DNA of 64,000 bases, taken from the NCBI GenBank assembly GCA_018064455.1, contig JAGHVH010000029.1, forward strand, positions 4,683 to 68,682, in the 5' to 3' direction. Under the pieces are notes generated by a model. The model was not told where the DNA came from and ran no database searches. It was given only the letters and a program-made list of their open reading frames with translations. Positions within the stretch are counted from its first letter, which is position 1. The number at the start of each line of letters is the position of its first letter. Source of the stretch: Candidatus Limimonas egerieequi. Lineage in GTDB: Bacteria; Bacillota; Clostridia; Oscillospirales; Acutalibacteraceae. Shown here piece after piece: positions 49,994 to 58,058 of this stretch. The position numbers and the translations under genes were made by a program.

Positions 49994-51679
49994 TTATTTT
50001 TTTGTGCCGAAAAGGCCTCTAACAATTGCATTGGCACCTGTACGCATTACAGATGAAAGAGCTGTATTAGCTGCCTGCTTTGCAATCTTGTCAGCAGATT
50101 TAACACTGCCTGAACCAGTAACAGTATTTACCATATTAGTAGTAATTGAACGTGCTACTGAAGATGCGGCATTTGATGCTGCACGCTCGAATACTTTCTT
50201 TTTCTTTTCAGCTTCTTTTGCTGCTTCTTTCTCAGCCTTTTCCTGAGCCTTTTGAGCAGCCTTTGCCTCAAGCTCAGCCTTGCGCTCCTCAGCCTTGAGT
50301 GCAGCAGCCTCAGCCTTTGCTTCTTCCTTTGCAAGCTTTTCAGCTTCCTTAGCTTCTGCCGCCTCAACGGCTGCCTGCTCCTGCTCAACCTTGAGCTTTT
50401 CTGTTGCAGCCATAATTACTTCATAAGCTGACTCTGGATCCTGTGTTTCCCTATACTTTAAATCAAACTCAGATGACACAATTGCTGTATTAACCTTAGC
50501 TGGATCTGCCTGGCCCATAAGGCTCTGAGGAGGCAAAATCTTGGCTCTCTCAACTACAACAGGTGTACCAGACTCATCAAGGAATGAAACAAGTGCCTCA
50601 CCTGTACCTACTTCCATAAGTGCCTGCTCTGAATCAAATGCTGGGTTTGCACGGAATGCTGCTGCAGCGGCTTTTACCATCTTTTGCTCAGCAGGAGTAT
50701 ATGCACGAAGTCCATGCTGAACACGGTTTGAAAGTTGTGCTAAAACCTCATCAGGAATATCTGATGGTGACTGTGAAATAAAGTAGATACCAACACCCTT
50801 AGAACGGATGAGTTTTACTACCTGAACAATCTTCTGTACAAATGCCTTTGGAGCATCAGCAAAGAGAAGATGTGCCTTATCAAAGAAGAATACCATGCGA
50901 GGCTTATCAAGGTCGCCTACCTCTGGGAGTTGCTCAAAGAGTTCATTGAGCATCCAAATGAGGAATGTTGAATATACTGTTGGGCTGCCAATAAGCTTAG
51001 CTGATGAGAGGATATTGATAAATCCACGTCCATCAATATCAGTGCGCATCCAGTCCTTGATATCGAGCATTGGAAGGCCGAATACGCCTTCGCCGCCCTC
51101 CTGTTCAAACTGTAAAAGTGCGCGCTGAATTGCACCAATTGATGAAGATGATACATTGCCATAAGTCAATGTATACTCCTCTGCGTTCTCACCAACAAAA
51201 CCAAGCATAGCGCGGAGGTCCTTAAGGTCATAGAGCAAAAGGCCCTTATCATCCGCAACTTTAAATACCAAATTAAGTACGCCCTCTTGAACATCAGAGA
51301 GGTTCAAAAGGCGTGAGAGGAATGTAGGTCCCATATCAGAGATTGTAACTCTTACCGGGTGACCCGACTCACCAAAGATATCCCAGAATCTTGTTGGATA
51401 TCCCTTTTGCTGGAAACCATCGATTCCAAATTTTTCCTTGGCACGAACATCCATTCCTGTGCCAGGTTCGAGCATACCTGTAAGGTCACCTTTTACATCA
51501 GAGAAAAATACTGGTACGCCAAGGTCTGAAAATGACTCAGCCATAACTTTCATAGTTATAGTTTTACCAGTACCTGTTGCGCCGGCAATGAGGCCGTGGC
51601 GGTTTGCCATCTTTGGCAAAATATAGAGTTCTGTTCCTTCAAAGGAGCTTGCTACCCAAATTTTTCCGTCTTTTAACAT
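49994..51679 (-). CDS. DUF853/HerA-like P-loop ATPase (YjgR type) with Lys/Ala/Glu-rich C-terminal coiled-coil region
   Basis: Walker A GATGTGKT, Walker B-like VFFFDKAHLLF, and the SQSPSDIP arginine-finger region typical of DUF853. Confidence 0.8.
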   Translation of the reverse strand: MLKDGKIWVASSFEGTELYILPKMANRHGLIAGATGTGKTITMKVMAESFSDLGVPVFFSDVKGDLTGMLEPGTGMDVRAKEKFGIDGFQQKGYPTRFWDIFGESGHPVRVTISDMGPTFLSRLLNLSDVQEGVLNLVFKVADDKGLLLYDLKDLRAMLGFVGENAEEYTLTYGNVSSSSIGAIQRALLQFEQEGGEGVFGLPMLDIKDWMRTDIDGRGFINILSSAKLIGSPTVYSTFLIWMLNELFEQLPEVGDLDKPRMVFFFDKAHLLFADAPKAFVQKIVQVVKLIRSKGVGIYFISQSPSDIPDEVLAQLSNRVQHGLRAYTPAEQKMVKAAAAAFRANPAFDSEQALMEVGTGEALVSFLDESGTPVVVERAKILPPQSLMGQADPAKVNTAIVSSEFDLKYRETQDPESAYEVIMAATEKLKVEQEQAAVEAAEAKEAEKLAKEEAKAEAAALKAEERKAELEAKAAQKAQEKAEKEAAKEAEKKKKVFERAASNAASSVARSITTNMVNTVTGSGSVKSADKIAKQAANTALSSVMRTGANAIVRGLFGTKK

Positions 51680-51696
51680 AGTATTCCTCCAATAAT

Positions 51697-52194
51697 CTAT
51701 TTGTCGATTCTTTCGTTTTCTTTCTCAAGGTCTTCCATAAACTGGTGAAGTGTCTGAACAAGCAAAAGCGTTTTAACATTACCAAGAGGCAAACTAGAAA
51801 GGATTCCCTTTGGAACATTTGCCAATTCCTTTTTGAGTTCAAGCCCTCTTTCCGTCAAGAACACTTGCATATTACGCTCATCTTTTTGATCGCGCTTTCT
51901 CTCAACATATCCAACCGTTTCTAACTTCTTAAGAAGCGGAGTCAAAGTACCAGAATCAAGGAACAACCTCTTACCAAGTTCCTTGACGTTTACGCCATCC
52001 TTCTCCCACAGTGCCATCAATGTGATGTAACCCGTATAGGTCAAATCATAGGGATCAAGAAATGATTTGTACCTTCTAATTACCTCTTTTGACGACACGT
52101 AAAGTGAGAAGCAAAGTTGGTTATCAAGTTTTTGCAATTCATCATCTGGGATTGCCGAAAGGGCCAATCCAGCGAATTTGTTTTCCTTAGCCAT
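51697..52194 (-). CDS. ohrR: MarR-family organic-hydroperoxide-sensing regulator (OhrR type)
   Basis: LDNQLCFSLYVSSKE (the conserved sensing-Cys context) and YLDSGTLTPLLKKLE..GYVERKR...DER closely resemble OhrR. I prefer the ATG at 52194 (MAKENKF). Confidence 0.75.
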   Translation of the reverse strand: MAKENKFAGLALSAIPDDELQKLDNQLCFSLYVSSKEVIRRYKSFLDPYDLTYTGYITLMALWEKDGVNVKELGKRLFLDSGTLTPLLKKLETVGYVERKRDQKDERNMQVFLTERGLELKKELANVPKGILSSLPLGNVKTLLLVQTLHQFMEDLEKENERIDK

Positions 52195-52253
52195 TACTTC
52201 ACCCGCTAAATAAAAATACATATTAATTGTAAACAATTTATGCAGGAAATTCA

Positions 52254-52287
52254 ATAATAAAAGGGAGCCTTTCGGCTCCCTTTTTAC
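52254..52287. terminator. bidirectional terminator hairpin at the core/island junction
   Basis: aagggagcc-tttc-ggctccctt flanked by an A-run and a T-run. Confidence 0.7.
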
Positions 52288-52829
52288 TAATTCAGTTCTT
52301 CAAATTTAATGTTATTATCCGTAGCGTATTTCTCTACTTTTGAATTCTTTTGAGCACAAATCATTGCATTTGTATCAATAAAAACACAATCTCCAAATAA
52401 TGTATCTGGATTATTTATTATTACTTTTTTCAAACTTTTGCACTCTGCAAATGCCCATGAATTAATTTGATAAACACTTTTCGGAACTACTACAGTTTCA
52501 ATAATTTTATTGTGCACAAAACAAGTTATATCAATTTTTTTTACAGATATATTCTCAATTTCATTAGGTATTTCTATTTCAGTTTTGTTTCCAATATAGT
52601 CAACTATTATTACTTCTGCTTTCGCATCATCAATGTAATACTTGTAACCATCCAAAGTCGTTTTAATTCCAAGTGTCTCTTCTTGCTCTACGATATTAAA
52701 TTTATCGTTGCTATTCTTAACCGCTGGAGCAACTATAATTTTATTTAATAAAAATGCAGAAAACGACACTAAAACAAATACTAATATAGAGAGAACTACC
52801 AATTTCCTTGTAATCAGTTTACTCTTCAT
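52287..52829 (-). CDS. membrane-anchored BspA-type leucine-rich-repeat protein
   Basis: N-terminal TM (LVVLSILVFVLVSFSAFLL) followed by LRR_5-like units (IEIPNEIENISVKKIDITCF; VVVPKSVYQINSWAFAECKSLKKVII). ATG at 52829. Confidence 0.6.
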   Translation of the reverse strand: MKSKLITRKLVVLSILVFVLVSFSAFLLNKIIVAPAVKNSNDKFNIVEQEETLGIKTTLDGYKYYIDDAKAEVIIVDYIGNKTEIEIPNEIENISVKKIDITCFVHNKIIETVVVPKSVYQINSWAFAECKSLKKVIINNPDTLFGDCVFIDTNAMICAQKNSKVEKYATDNNIKFEELN

Positions 52830-53442
52830 AAAGGTTGCCCTCTTCCATTTTAAGAATAATGTCACAAACACTTTCCAAATCTTCTTTATGATGAGTTGTC
52901 AATATGATTGTTGCACCTTTTTCCTTTTCGTCATGAATTATATTGTACACCAACTTGACGCCTGCTGTATCCAGAGCATTCGTTGGCTCGTCCAACAGAA
53001 TAATCTTCGGATGTTCAAAAATAGCTTGAGCAATATTCAAACGTTGTTTCATACCAAGAGAATATTTTTTTACCTTTAAATCAGAGTTTAGACCTACTCT
53101 TTCTAAACTATCACTAATATCCGAATCGGTTGCGACTTTCCTAATTTCGCTAAGTATCTTTAAATTATCAAATGCATTATAATTTGGAAGCAAACGCATA
53201 TTTTCAATAACAATACCCAAACCTTGAGGGAAAGAAATATCTTTGTGTAATTCTACATTATCTATTTTGACAGTTCCGCTAGTTGGAACAATCAAACCTG
53301 CAACAGCACGAAGTAGCATAGTTTTTCCAGAGCCATTTGTTCCATATATTCCATAGACCGTGCCATCATTAAAAGAATAATTGATGTTATTTAAAACCGT
53401 TCTTTTTTTAAAATCTTTACTGTAATTTATTAGTTCAATCAT
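52819..53442 (-). CDS. ABC transporter ATP-binding protein (short, 207 aa)
   Basis: Walker A GTNGSGKT, signature LSLGMKQR, Walker B ILLDEPTNALD and H-loop TTHH. Confidence 0.9.
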   Translation of the reverse strand: MIELINYSKDFKKRTVLNNINYSFNDGTVYGIYGTNGSGKTMLLRAVAGLIVPTSGTVKIDNVELHKDISFPQGLGIVIENMRLLPNYNAFDNLKILSEIRKVATDSDISDSLERVGLNSDLKVKKYSLGMKQRLNIAQAIFEHPKIILLDEPTNALDTAGVKLVYNIIHDEKEKGATIILTTHHKEDLESVCDIILKMEEGNLYEE

Positions 53443-53451
53443 ATTGTCACC

Positions 53452-54132
53452 TTAAATTATATCAATTTTTTTTAATTTCTTTTGTGAAATAAATACGAGT
53501 ATTAAATTGATAATCATAGCCCATAAACATAAAAGAGTTGATAGCCTATCAAAATTAATAAAAATAATATTTGGAAAAAATATCAAGGTTGCAAGGGTGC
53601 TCTTTCCAAAATTAATTTCAATCAACATATCTATAAAATAGGAAAAGTATAAAATAACCAAAGTTATTATTAAAGAAACTGGTGCGTCATATGTAAGTTC
53701 AAAGTAATGTTGGAGTAGTAGTAATGCATTAATTGTAAGATAATGGCAAAGAACAGCAACAATAATTATCTCACAATCAAATTGACTAATTTGTCGCATT
53801 TGTAAAATTAAATAATTCACTAAGCACTGCGCGGCAACTAATAAAAGCGTATTTTCTGAGATTTTTTTCAAGCTCACAACTAAGGCCTTGTTTCTTTTTC
53901 TACATCTAGATATAACTAATTGCCCATAATCTATTAACCACATTTTGCTACTATCCATAGATACAATTAACAAACCAACAATTGGTGCACTATAAACCAT
54001 TAGATATATGATGTTTATATTCGTGTAGTCAATTCCACTTATAAAAGCAATCGCATCGCATCCTTGTTGATAAAAAAATGCTGTTTGCAATAAAGTAAGA
54101 ATTATAATGATCAAGTAATTACTTCGTTTCAT
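53452..54132 (-). CDS. polytopic membrane protein (putative ABC permease component 3)
   Basis: About 6 hydrophobic helices. Overlaps the upstream gene stop. I recognise no family motif. Confidence 0.55.
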   Translation of the reverse strand: MKRSNYLIIIILTLLQTAFFYQQGCDAIAFISGIDYTNINIIYLMVYSAPIVGLLIVSMDSSKMWLIDYGQLVISRCRKRNKALVVSLKKISENTLLLVAAQCLVNYLILQMRQISQFDCEIIIVAVLCHYLTINALLLLQHYFELTYDAPVSLIITLVILYFSYFIDMLIEINFGKSTLATLIFFPNIIFINFDRLSTLLCLWAMIINLILVFISQKKLKKIDII

Positions 54133-54832
54133 CAATAAAGTCCTTTTTTCTATGTAATATTAGCGCTAACAAAAATATAGCTAAAGAGGTAAAGATATTT
54201 CGAAGCAACACCATTCCCACTTGATAATAAGTATTCTGTTTAAATAGTAAGTCATAATAAACTGAAACATCATCACAAGGCATCCAATTTAATAGTAAAT
54301 AATTTTTAACTATGACTGCCTCAACAAAATAAAGTAAGAATGTCAATAAAAGGGATATGTTTTTTTCAAAAAAGTTATTAAATATTGAAAAAATAAAAGT
54401 ACATCTTAAATAGTAGATTGTAATTGTTATAACATTTATTAGCCCATAAAATAACAAAGATTTAGCACTTAACTTTGCATTAATTACTATTAGCCCTATA
54501 GCATTAATCAATTCATGAATGCACGCTATAACAAAACAAATGATAGTATTACTAATAAGCTCGTTAAAAACCAATCTATCCCTGGTTTCATATCTACTTG
54601 GAAAGTAATTATTAGAAAAATAGTAACACGAAACAAGTAATGGAATAATTGGTACAACGATTAAATAATTCACTCCGCTATAATTATATTCAAGTAGATT
54701 TATAGTCATATCACTTATTGAATTAGAAATAAGATCTTTAAATATTAAAGCAATCCATAAAACACAAAACGCCAACAACCAAAAGACACCCAATTTAATC
54801 AACAATTTGGTTTTTATACGACAAGTCATCAT
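54119..54832 (-). CDS. polytopic membrane protein (putative ABC permease component 2)
   Basis: About 6 hydrophobic helices. The ATG pair at 54832/54829 is preceded by ggagaa. Overlaps its neighbours. Confidence 0.55.
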   Translation of the reverse strand: MMTCRIKTKLLIKLGVFWLLAFCVLWIALIFKDLISNSISDMTINLLEYNYSGVNYLIVVPIIPLLVSCYYFSNNYFPSRYETRDRLVFNELISNTIICFVIACIHELINAIGLIVINAKLSAKSLLFYGLINVITITIYYLRCTFIFSIFNNFFEKNISLLLTFLLYFVEAVIVKNYLLLNWMPCDDVSVYYDLLFKQNTYYQVGMVLLRNIFTSLAIFLLALILHRKKDFIDETK

Positions 54833-55589
54833 TTTTTGTTCTCCATATAACACAAACAATTGTTACTAATATATGCGTGGCTATACAAGCAATATAAACT
54901 GGTAAAATATCTGATAAATTGTATTCCGAAAATGGCTGTATCGAGAGCATTATTGATTTTCTAGGTATAAAGAATATGTACCAAATCAAAAAAGATGCTA
55001 TATATACTTTTTTTCTATCACCAAACGCAAGCGCCATACTACTCCCTGTCATACCAATTGTTCCACTAAGGATAGATGCAACAAAAATAAATACGATATT
55101 AGTAAGCAATGGTTTTCTTAAGCACACTTCAGCTAGACTTCCGAACTTAAATAAATCTGATTCAAAAGTTTTAGTAACACCATATAAAAGAATATGTGAA
55201 ACAATCAAATTTATCATTAAAGAAACAAAAATAATTGCAAATGATATAGTAAACCCCTTAATCAGCATAGTTTTTATGTATTTCTTTTTCCCTATTTTTG
55301 TAATTTGCACTATATCATTTCCAGTTGAAAAATCTTCAAAAATATCATCTGAAACGATAAACAGTAAACTAATCGGTAACATCCAAAAAACCAACGCATG
55401 AAAATTAGGACCAATTCCAGTGAAAGCCAAAAAGACGCTCAAATTAGCATTGTATGGCATTCCACCAACAGGAATATTTTTTATCTTATAAAAAATATCA
55501 AAAAGCATTACAGATACTATAATTATGATTAAAAATAGTTTACGTTTATCGTTGAAAATTCTTATTACACTATACATATACCACTCCAT
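54795..55589 (-). CDS. polytopic membrane protein (putative ABC permease component 1)
   Basis: About 6 hydrophobic helices. The start is uncertain (55589 or 55577). Confidence 0.55.
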   Translation of the reverse strand: MEWYMYSVIRIFNDKRKLFLIIIIVSVMLFDIFYKIKNIPVGGMPYNANLSVFLAFTGIGPNFHALVFWMLPISLLFIVSDDIFEDFSTGNDIVQITKIGKKKYIKTMLIKGFTISFAIIFVSLMINLIVSHILLYGVTKTFESDLFKFGSLAEVCLRKPLLTNIVFIFVASILSGTIGMTGSSMALAFGDRKKVYIASFLIWYIFFIPRKSIMLSIQPFSEYNLSDILPVYIACIATHILVTIVCVIWRTKNDDLSYKNQIVD

Positions 55590-55623
55590 AATAGAGTAGG
55601 GCAAAAGCCCTACTCCTTCCTAA

Positions 55624-56061
55624 TTATAATAATGTGCCTGTCTCTTCATCCCAGTATCCTGATACAACATATGCAGTTGCAACATTATTATTGTTACGAA
55701 CACCAAGGTCCGTATTTTTGTGATAAGCATTATTATAAACACCTTTATAATATTTGCCATTTCCACAAATCACATTTACAACATCAGAATATTGTGTGCG
55801 TGTTATTCCTGAACTAGCAAGCCAATAAATAGCGATAGCCGATGTCCCTTCAGCATTATAAGTCATATTCACCATCCAAGGATTATTTGTCTTATCAGAA
55901 TCACGATATCTTGAATCTCCACAATAATTGTTAGCGCAATTCTTTTTCATAGTAAATGAATATGGGAAATTATCCTCTGCTGCGAATGCAGAAAATGATA
56001 AAGCCATTGACAAAACCACTATTACTACTAATAACAAACTAATCTTTTTTGTACTTTTCAT
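55624..56061 (-). CDS. small secreted protein (145 aa, Sec signal peptide, Cys-containing, Asn/Tyr-rich)
   Basis: Signal peptide MKSTKKISLLLVVIVVLSMALSFSAFA|AEDN. The mature part is beta-rich with 3 Cys. I recognise no family. Confidence 0.6.
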   Translation of the reverse strand: MKSTKKISLLLVVIVVLSMALSFSAFAAEDNFPYSFTMKKNCANNYCGDSRYRDSDKTNNPWMVNMTYNAEGTSAIAIYWLASSGITRTQYSDVVNVICGNGKYYKGVYNNAYHKNTDLGVRNNNNVATAYVVSGYWDEETGTLL

Positions 56062-56122
56062 TTTTTAAAATTCCTTTCTCTTATATTTTTAATTTCCTAA
56101 AAATACTGCCCTCCTTTCAATA

Positions 56123-56163
56123 GTCTCTAATTAATATGTGTAAAAAATACATCAAAATATTAC
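56123..56163 (-). promoter_or_regulatory. conserved promoter-like motif, copy 1 (upstream of the 145-aa secreted protein/ABC operon)
   Basis: The minus strand reads GTAATATTTTGATGTATTTTTTACACATATTAATTAGAGAC. It shares GTAATATTTTG-N-T-N3-TTTTTT-N-CAC-N-TATTA with copy 2. Confidence 0.45.
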
Positions 56164-56183
56164 AAATGACTTATCAGTTATTC

Positions 56184-56215
56184 ACAACAAAAAGGGAGCC
56201 GTTTGGCTCCCTTTT
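56184..56215 (-). terminator. rho-independent terminator after the 134-aa secreted protein gene
   Basis: aaagggagcc-gttt-ggctcccttt with a T-run on the minus strand. The stem is nearly identical to the hairpin at 52261-52282. Confidence 0.7.
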
Positions 56216-56220
56216 CCTCG

Positions 56221-56625
56221 TTAATATGCATACTTAACTACCGTCTCTGAATCCGATGCAGTATAAGCTGTGAATGTTACTTTCAACCTATATGTACTCA
56301 ACGGAGAGGTTAACTTACTCTCATCCATTGAAGCATTGCGAGAATCAAAAGTTTCTTCCCACGTTTGAACAGTAGAATAAGATCCGTTACTCAACTTTTG
56401 AAGTTCCATTTTAATTTTTACTCGCTTAACACTTGAAGAACCCGTAATATTTGATGTTACAGACGTTGACACTGTACCTTGATCAATTCCATAGTTTAGT
56501 ACAGCAATATACGTATAACGTAATGGTTCTTCCTTTCCTGTTCCGTTAGCAAACACAGTCACACTTAGGGTGACTAGCAATATGAATGCTAATACAATTG
56601 CGCCTAACACTTTTTTTAATTTCAT
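56221..56625 (-). CDS. small secreted protein (134 aa, Sec signal peptide, Ser/Thr-rich beta-type)
   Basis: Signal peptide MKLKKVLGAIVLAFILLVTLSVTVFA|NG. The mature part shows alternating beta-strand-like patterns. I recognise no family. Confidence 0.6.
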   Translation of the reverse strand: MKLKKVLGAIVLAFILLVTLSVTVFANGTGKEEPLRYTYIAVLNYGIDQGTVSTSVTSNITGSSSVKRVKIKMELQKLSNGSYSTVQTWEETFDSRNASMDESKLTSPLSTYRLKVTFTAYTASDSETVVKYAY

Positions 56626-56660
56626 AAAAGCACATCCTTACATTTAGTACGTTAACTAAT

Positions 56661-56702
56661 AACGTCTGTATAATAAGTGCAAAAAAACAAGCAAAATATT
56701 AC
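56661..56702 (-). promoter_or_regulatory. conserved promoter-like motif, copy 2 (upstream of the 134-aa secreted protein)
   Basis: The minus strand reads GTAATATTTTGCTTGTTTTTTTGCACTTATTATACAGACGTT. Its TAA is the anti-sigma stop codon. Confidence 0.45.
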
Positions 56703-57388
56703 AACTCTTTTCTAGATTCTACAATTTTTATTAATGCTTCAATTGTTATTTCACCGTTTTTATCATAATCAGCAAAAATGCTATGATGGTATTTACCGGA
56801 ATTCCATACCAACGTAATGCCTTTATCACCTATTATGTAAAATGCATCTAATCCATTTATGACAGTTGTCCCAGAAGCATCATTTTCAGTATCTAATGAA
56901 GAAACGCTATCTTTATTCTTTGTTGTATAAATAAAAATACTATTTCCGTCATCATTAGAGAAAGATATTGACTGGCAATTCTTTTCCTGCTTATCCTCTA
57001 CCAACTTATAGCCATCAGGAACATATGTATACTGTGCATACAAAAAATCATTTGCATTTTCATTAACGCCAAAAGTTATATCTGTACTTTCTTTAAAATA
57101 AGAAAAAATGAAATCTCTAAATGGTTCAATAGCGAATGCTGCGATTGAGAAAAACACCAAAACAATAATTGCAACGAGTGCAATCTTTACTGCCTTCCTA
57201 ATCTCAATATGTTTAACCTTTTTGCTATTACCATCTAGCTTTCTTAAGAAAGCAACCATTTGTTTCCGTTCTTTTTTGGACAAACATTCCATTGGCTCAT
57301 TTTCGATTTTTGCAATATATTCATCCAATATTTGATTATTAGCTTCAATACAAGCTTCTCTTAAAACTGTATCGCTTTTACTTTGCAT
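56699..57388 (-). CDS. anti-sigma factor-like membrane protein with DUF4367-type extracytoplasmic domain
   Basis: Cytoplasmic N-terminus, single TM (IALVAIIVLVFFSIAAFAI), then a C-terminal domain with YVPDGYKL...VINGLDAFYI...LVWNSGKYHHSIFA...IEALIKIVES, typical of DUF4367. TAATG overlap with the sigma gene. Confidence 0.7.
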   Translation of the reverse strand: MQSKSDTVLREACIEANNQILDEYIAKIENEPMECLSKKERKQMVAFLRKLDGNSKKVKHIEIRKAVKIALVAIIVLVFFSIAAFAIEPFRDFIFSYFKESTDITFGVNENANDFLYAQYTYVPDGYKLVEDKQEKNCQSISFSNDDGNSIFIYTTKNKDSVSSLDTENDASGTTVINGLDAFYIIGDKGITLVWNSGKYHHSIFADYDKNGEITIEALIKIVESRKEL

Positions 57389-57927
57389 TAAAACTCCTCC
57401 CCACAAAGCATAGAACAAATCATCTGTTTTCCTCTATATAATCTCTGTAAAACTAGATTTTCTGAAATAGATAATGTATCTGCAATTTCTTTTGCAGAAT
57501 ATCCATCTACATATTTCATAATTATAGGAACTTGATACTTTTCATCTAACGACCTAATAGCAGAAACAATTTCAGCAATATCGTACTTGCTATTATCAAA
57601 AGTAGCGATTTTGTATTCATCTTCGCCTGAAATCATTTCCAAAGGTTCTATATTTGTAGCGCACGTAACATTATTAATGCATATGGCACATCGCTTACAA
57701 ATAGTAACTAAATACCGTTTTTGCTTATATTTGGGAAGAGTATTAAAAGTTTCAAAATTATCAACTAACCTTAAAAAAGTATCTTGCAAACAATCCAATC
57801 TTAATGATTTATCAACCAAATAATCTCCTGCTGTTTTTACAACCAAGTATTCATACTTGGTGTAGACTTCTTCAAATTTTCTCTTGTCTTCTTCTCGTTC
57901 AAACGATTGCAAATATAGACCTAACAT
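57388..57927 (-). CDS. ECF-type sigma-70 family RNA polymerase sigma factor
   Basis: Region 2-like (FEEVYTKYEYLVVKTAGDYL...CLQDTFLRL) and region 4 HTH (YVDGYSAKEIADTLSISENLVLQRLYRGK). The ATG at 57927 is preferred. The track start at 58059 would translate through a hairpin repeat. Confidence 0.8.
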   Translation of the reverse strand: MLGLYLQSFEREEDKRKFEEVYTKYEYLVVKTAGDYLVDKSLRLDCLQDTFLRLVDNFETFNTLPKYKQKRYLVTICKRCAICINNVTCATNIEPLEMISGEDEYKIATFDNSKYDIAEIVSAIRSLDEKYQVPIIMKYVDGYSAKEIADTLSISENLVLQRLYRGKQMICSMLCGEEF

Positions 57928-57933
57928 ATTTTG

Positions 57934-57942
57934 CCCCCCCCC
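57934..57942 (-). repeat. homopolymeric G9 tract (C9 on the plus strand), 6 nt upstream of the sigma-factor ATG
   Basis: Counted directly: plus strand ttgCCCCCCCCCggtcgac. Confidence 0.9.
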
Positions 57943-58007
57943 GGTCGACTTTACGGCGTACCTACGTCGTTTGTATTTGGAATTAAATTTTAATACTTTC
58001 AAACTAT

Positions 58008-58058
58008 AACAAATCCCAACTTCAATAGTACGGAGTTGGGATTTGCTATACAAATTCA
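58008..58058 (-). repeat. conserved hairpin element, copy A
   Basis: aacaaatcccaact-tcaatagtacgg-agttgggatttgctataca. The 11-bp stem is shared with copy B. Confidence 0.7.

Noticed and set aside
50150-50400. An apparent GCA/GAA/AAG-rich repeat tract.
   Set aside because: It is in frame within the DUF853 ATPase gene and encodes the K/A/E-rich coiled-coil tail. It is not an independent repeat element.
57945-57975. Search for an ECF-type (AAC-N16/17-CGT) autoregulatory promoter upstream of the sigma gene.
   Set aside because: The candidate AAAC...CGTA elements have the wrong spacing (about 13 or 21 nt). There is no convincing match, so no call was made.
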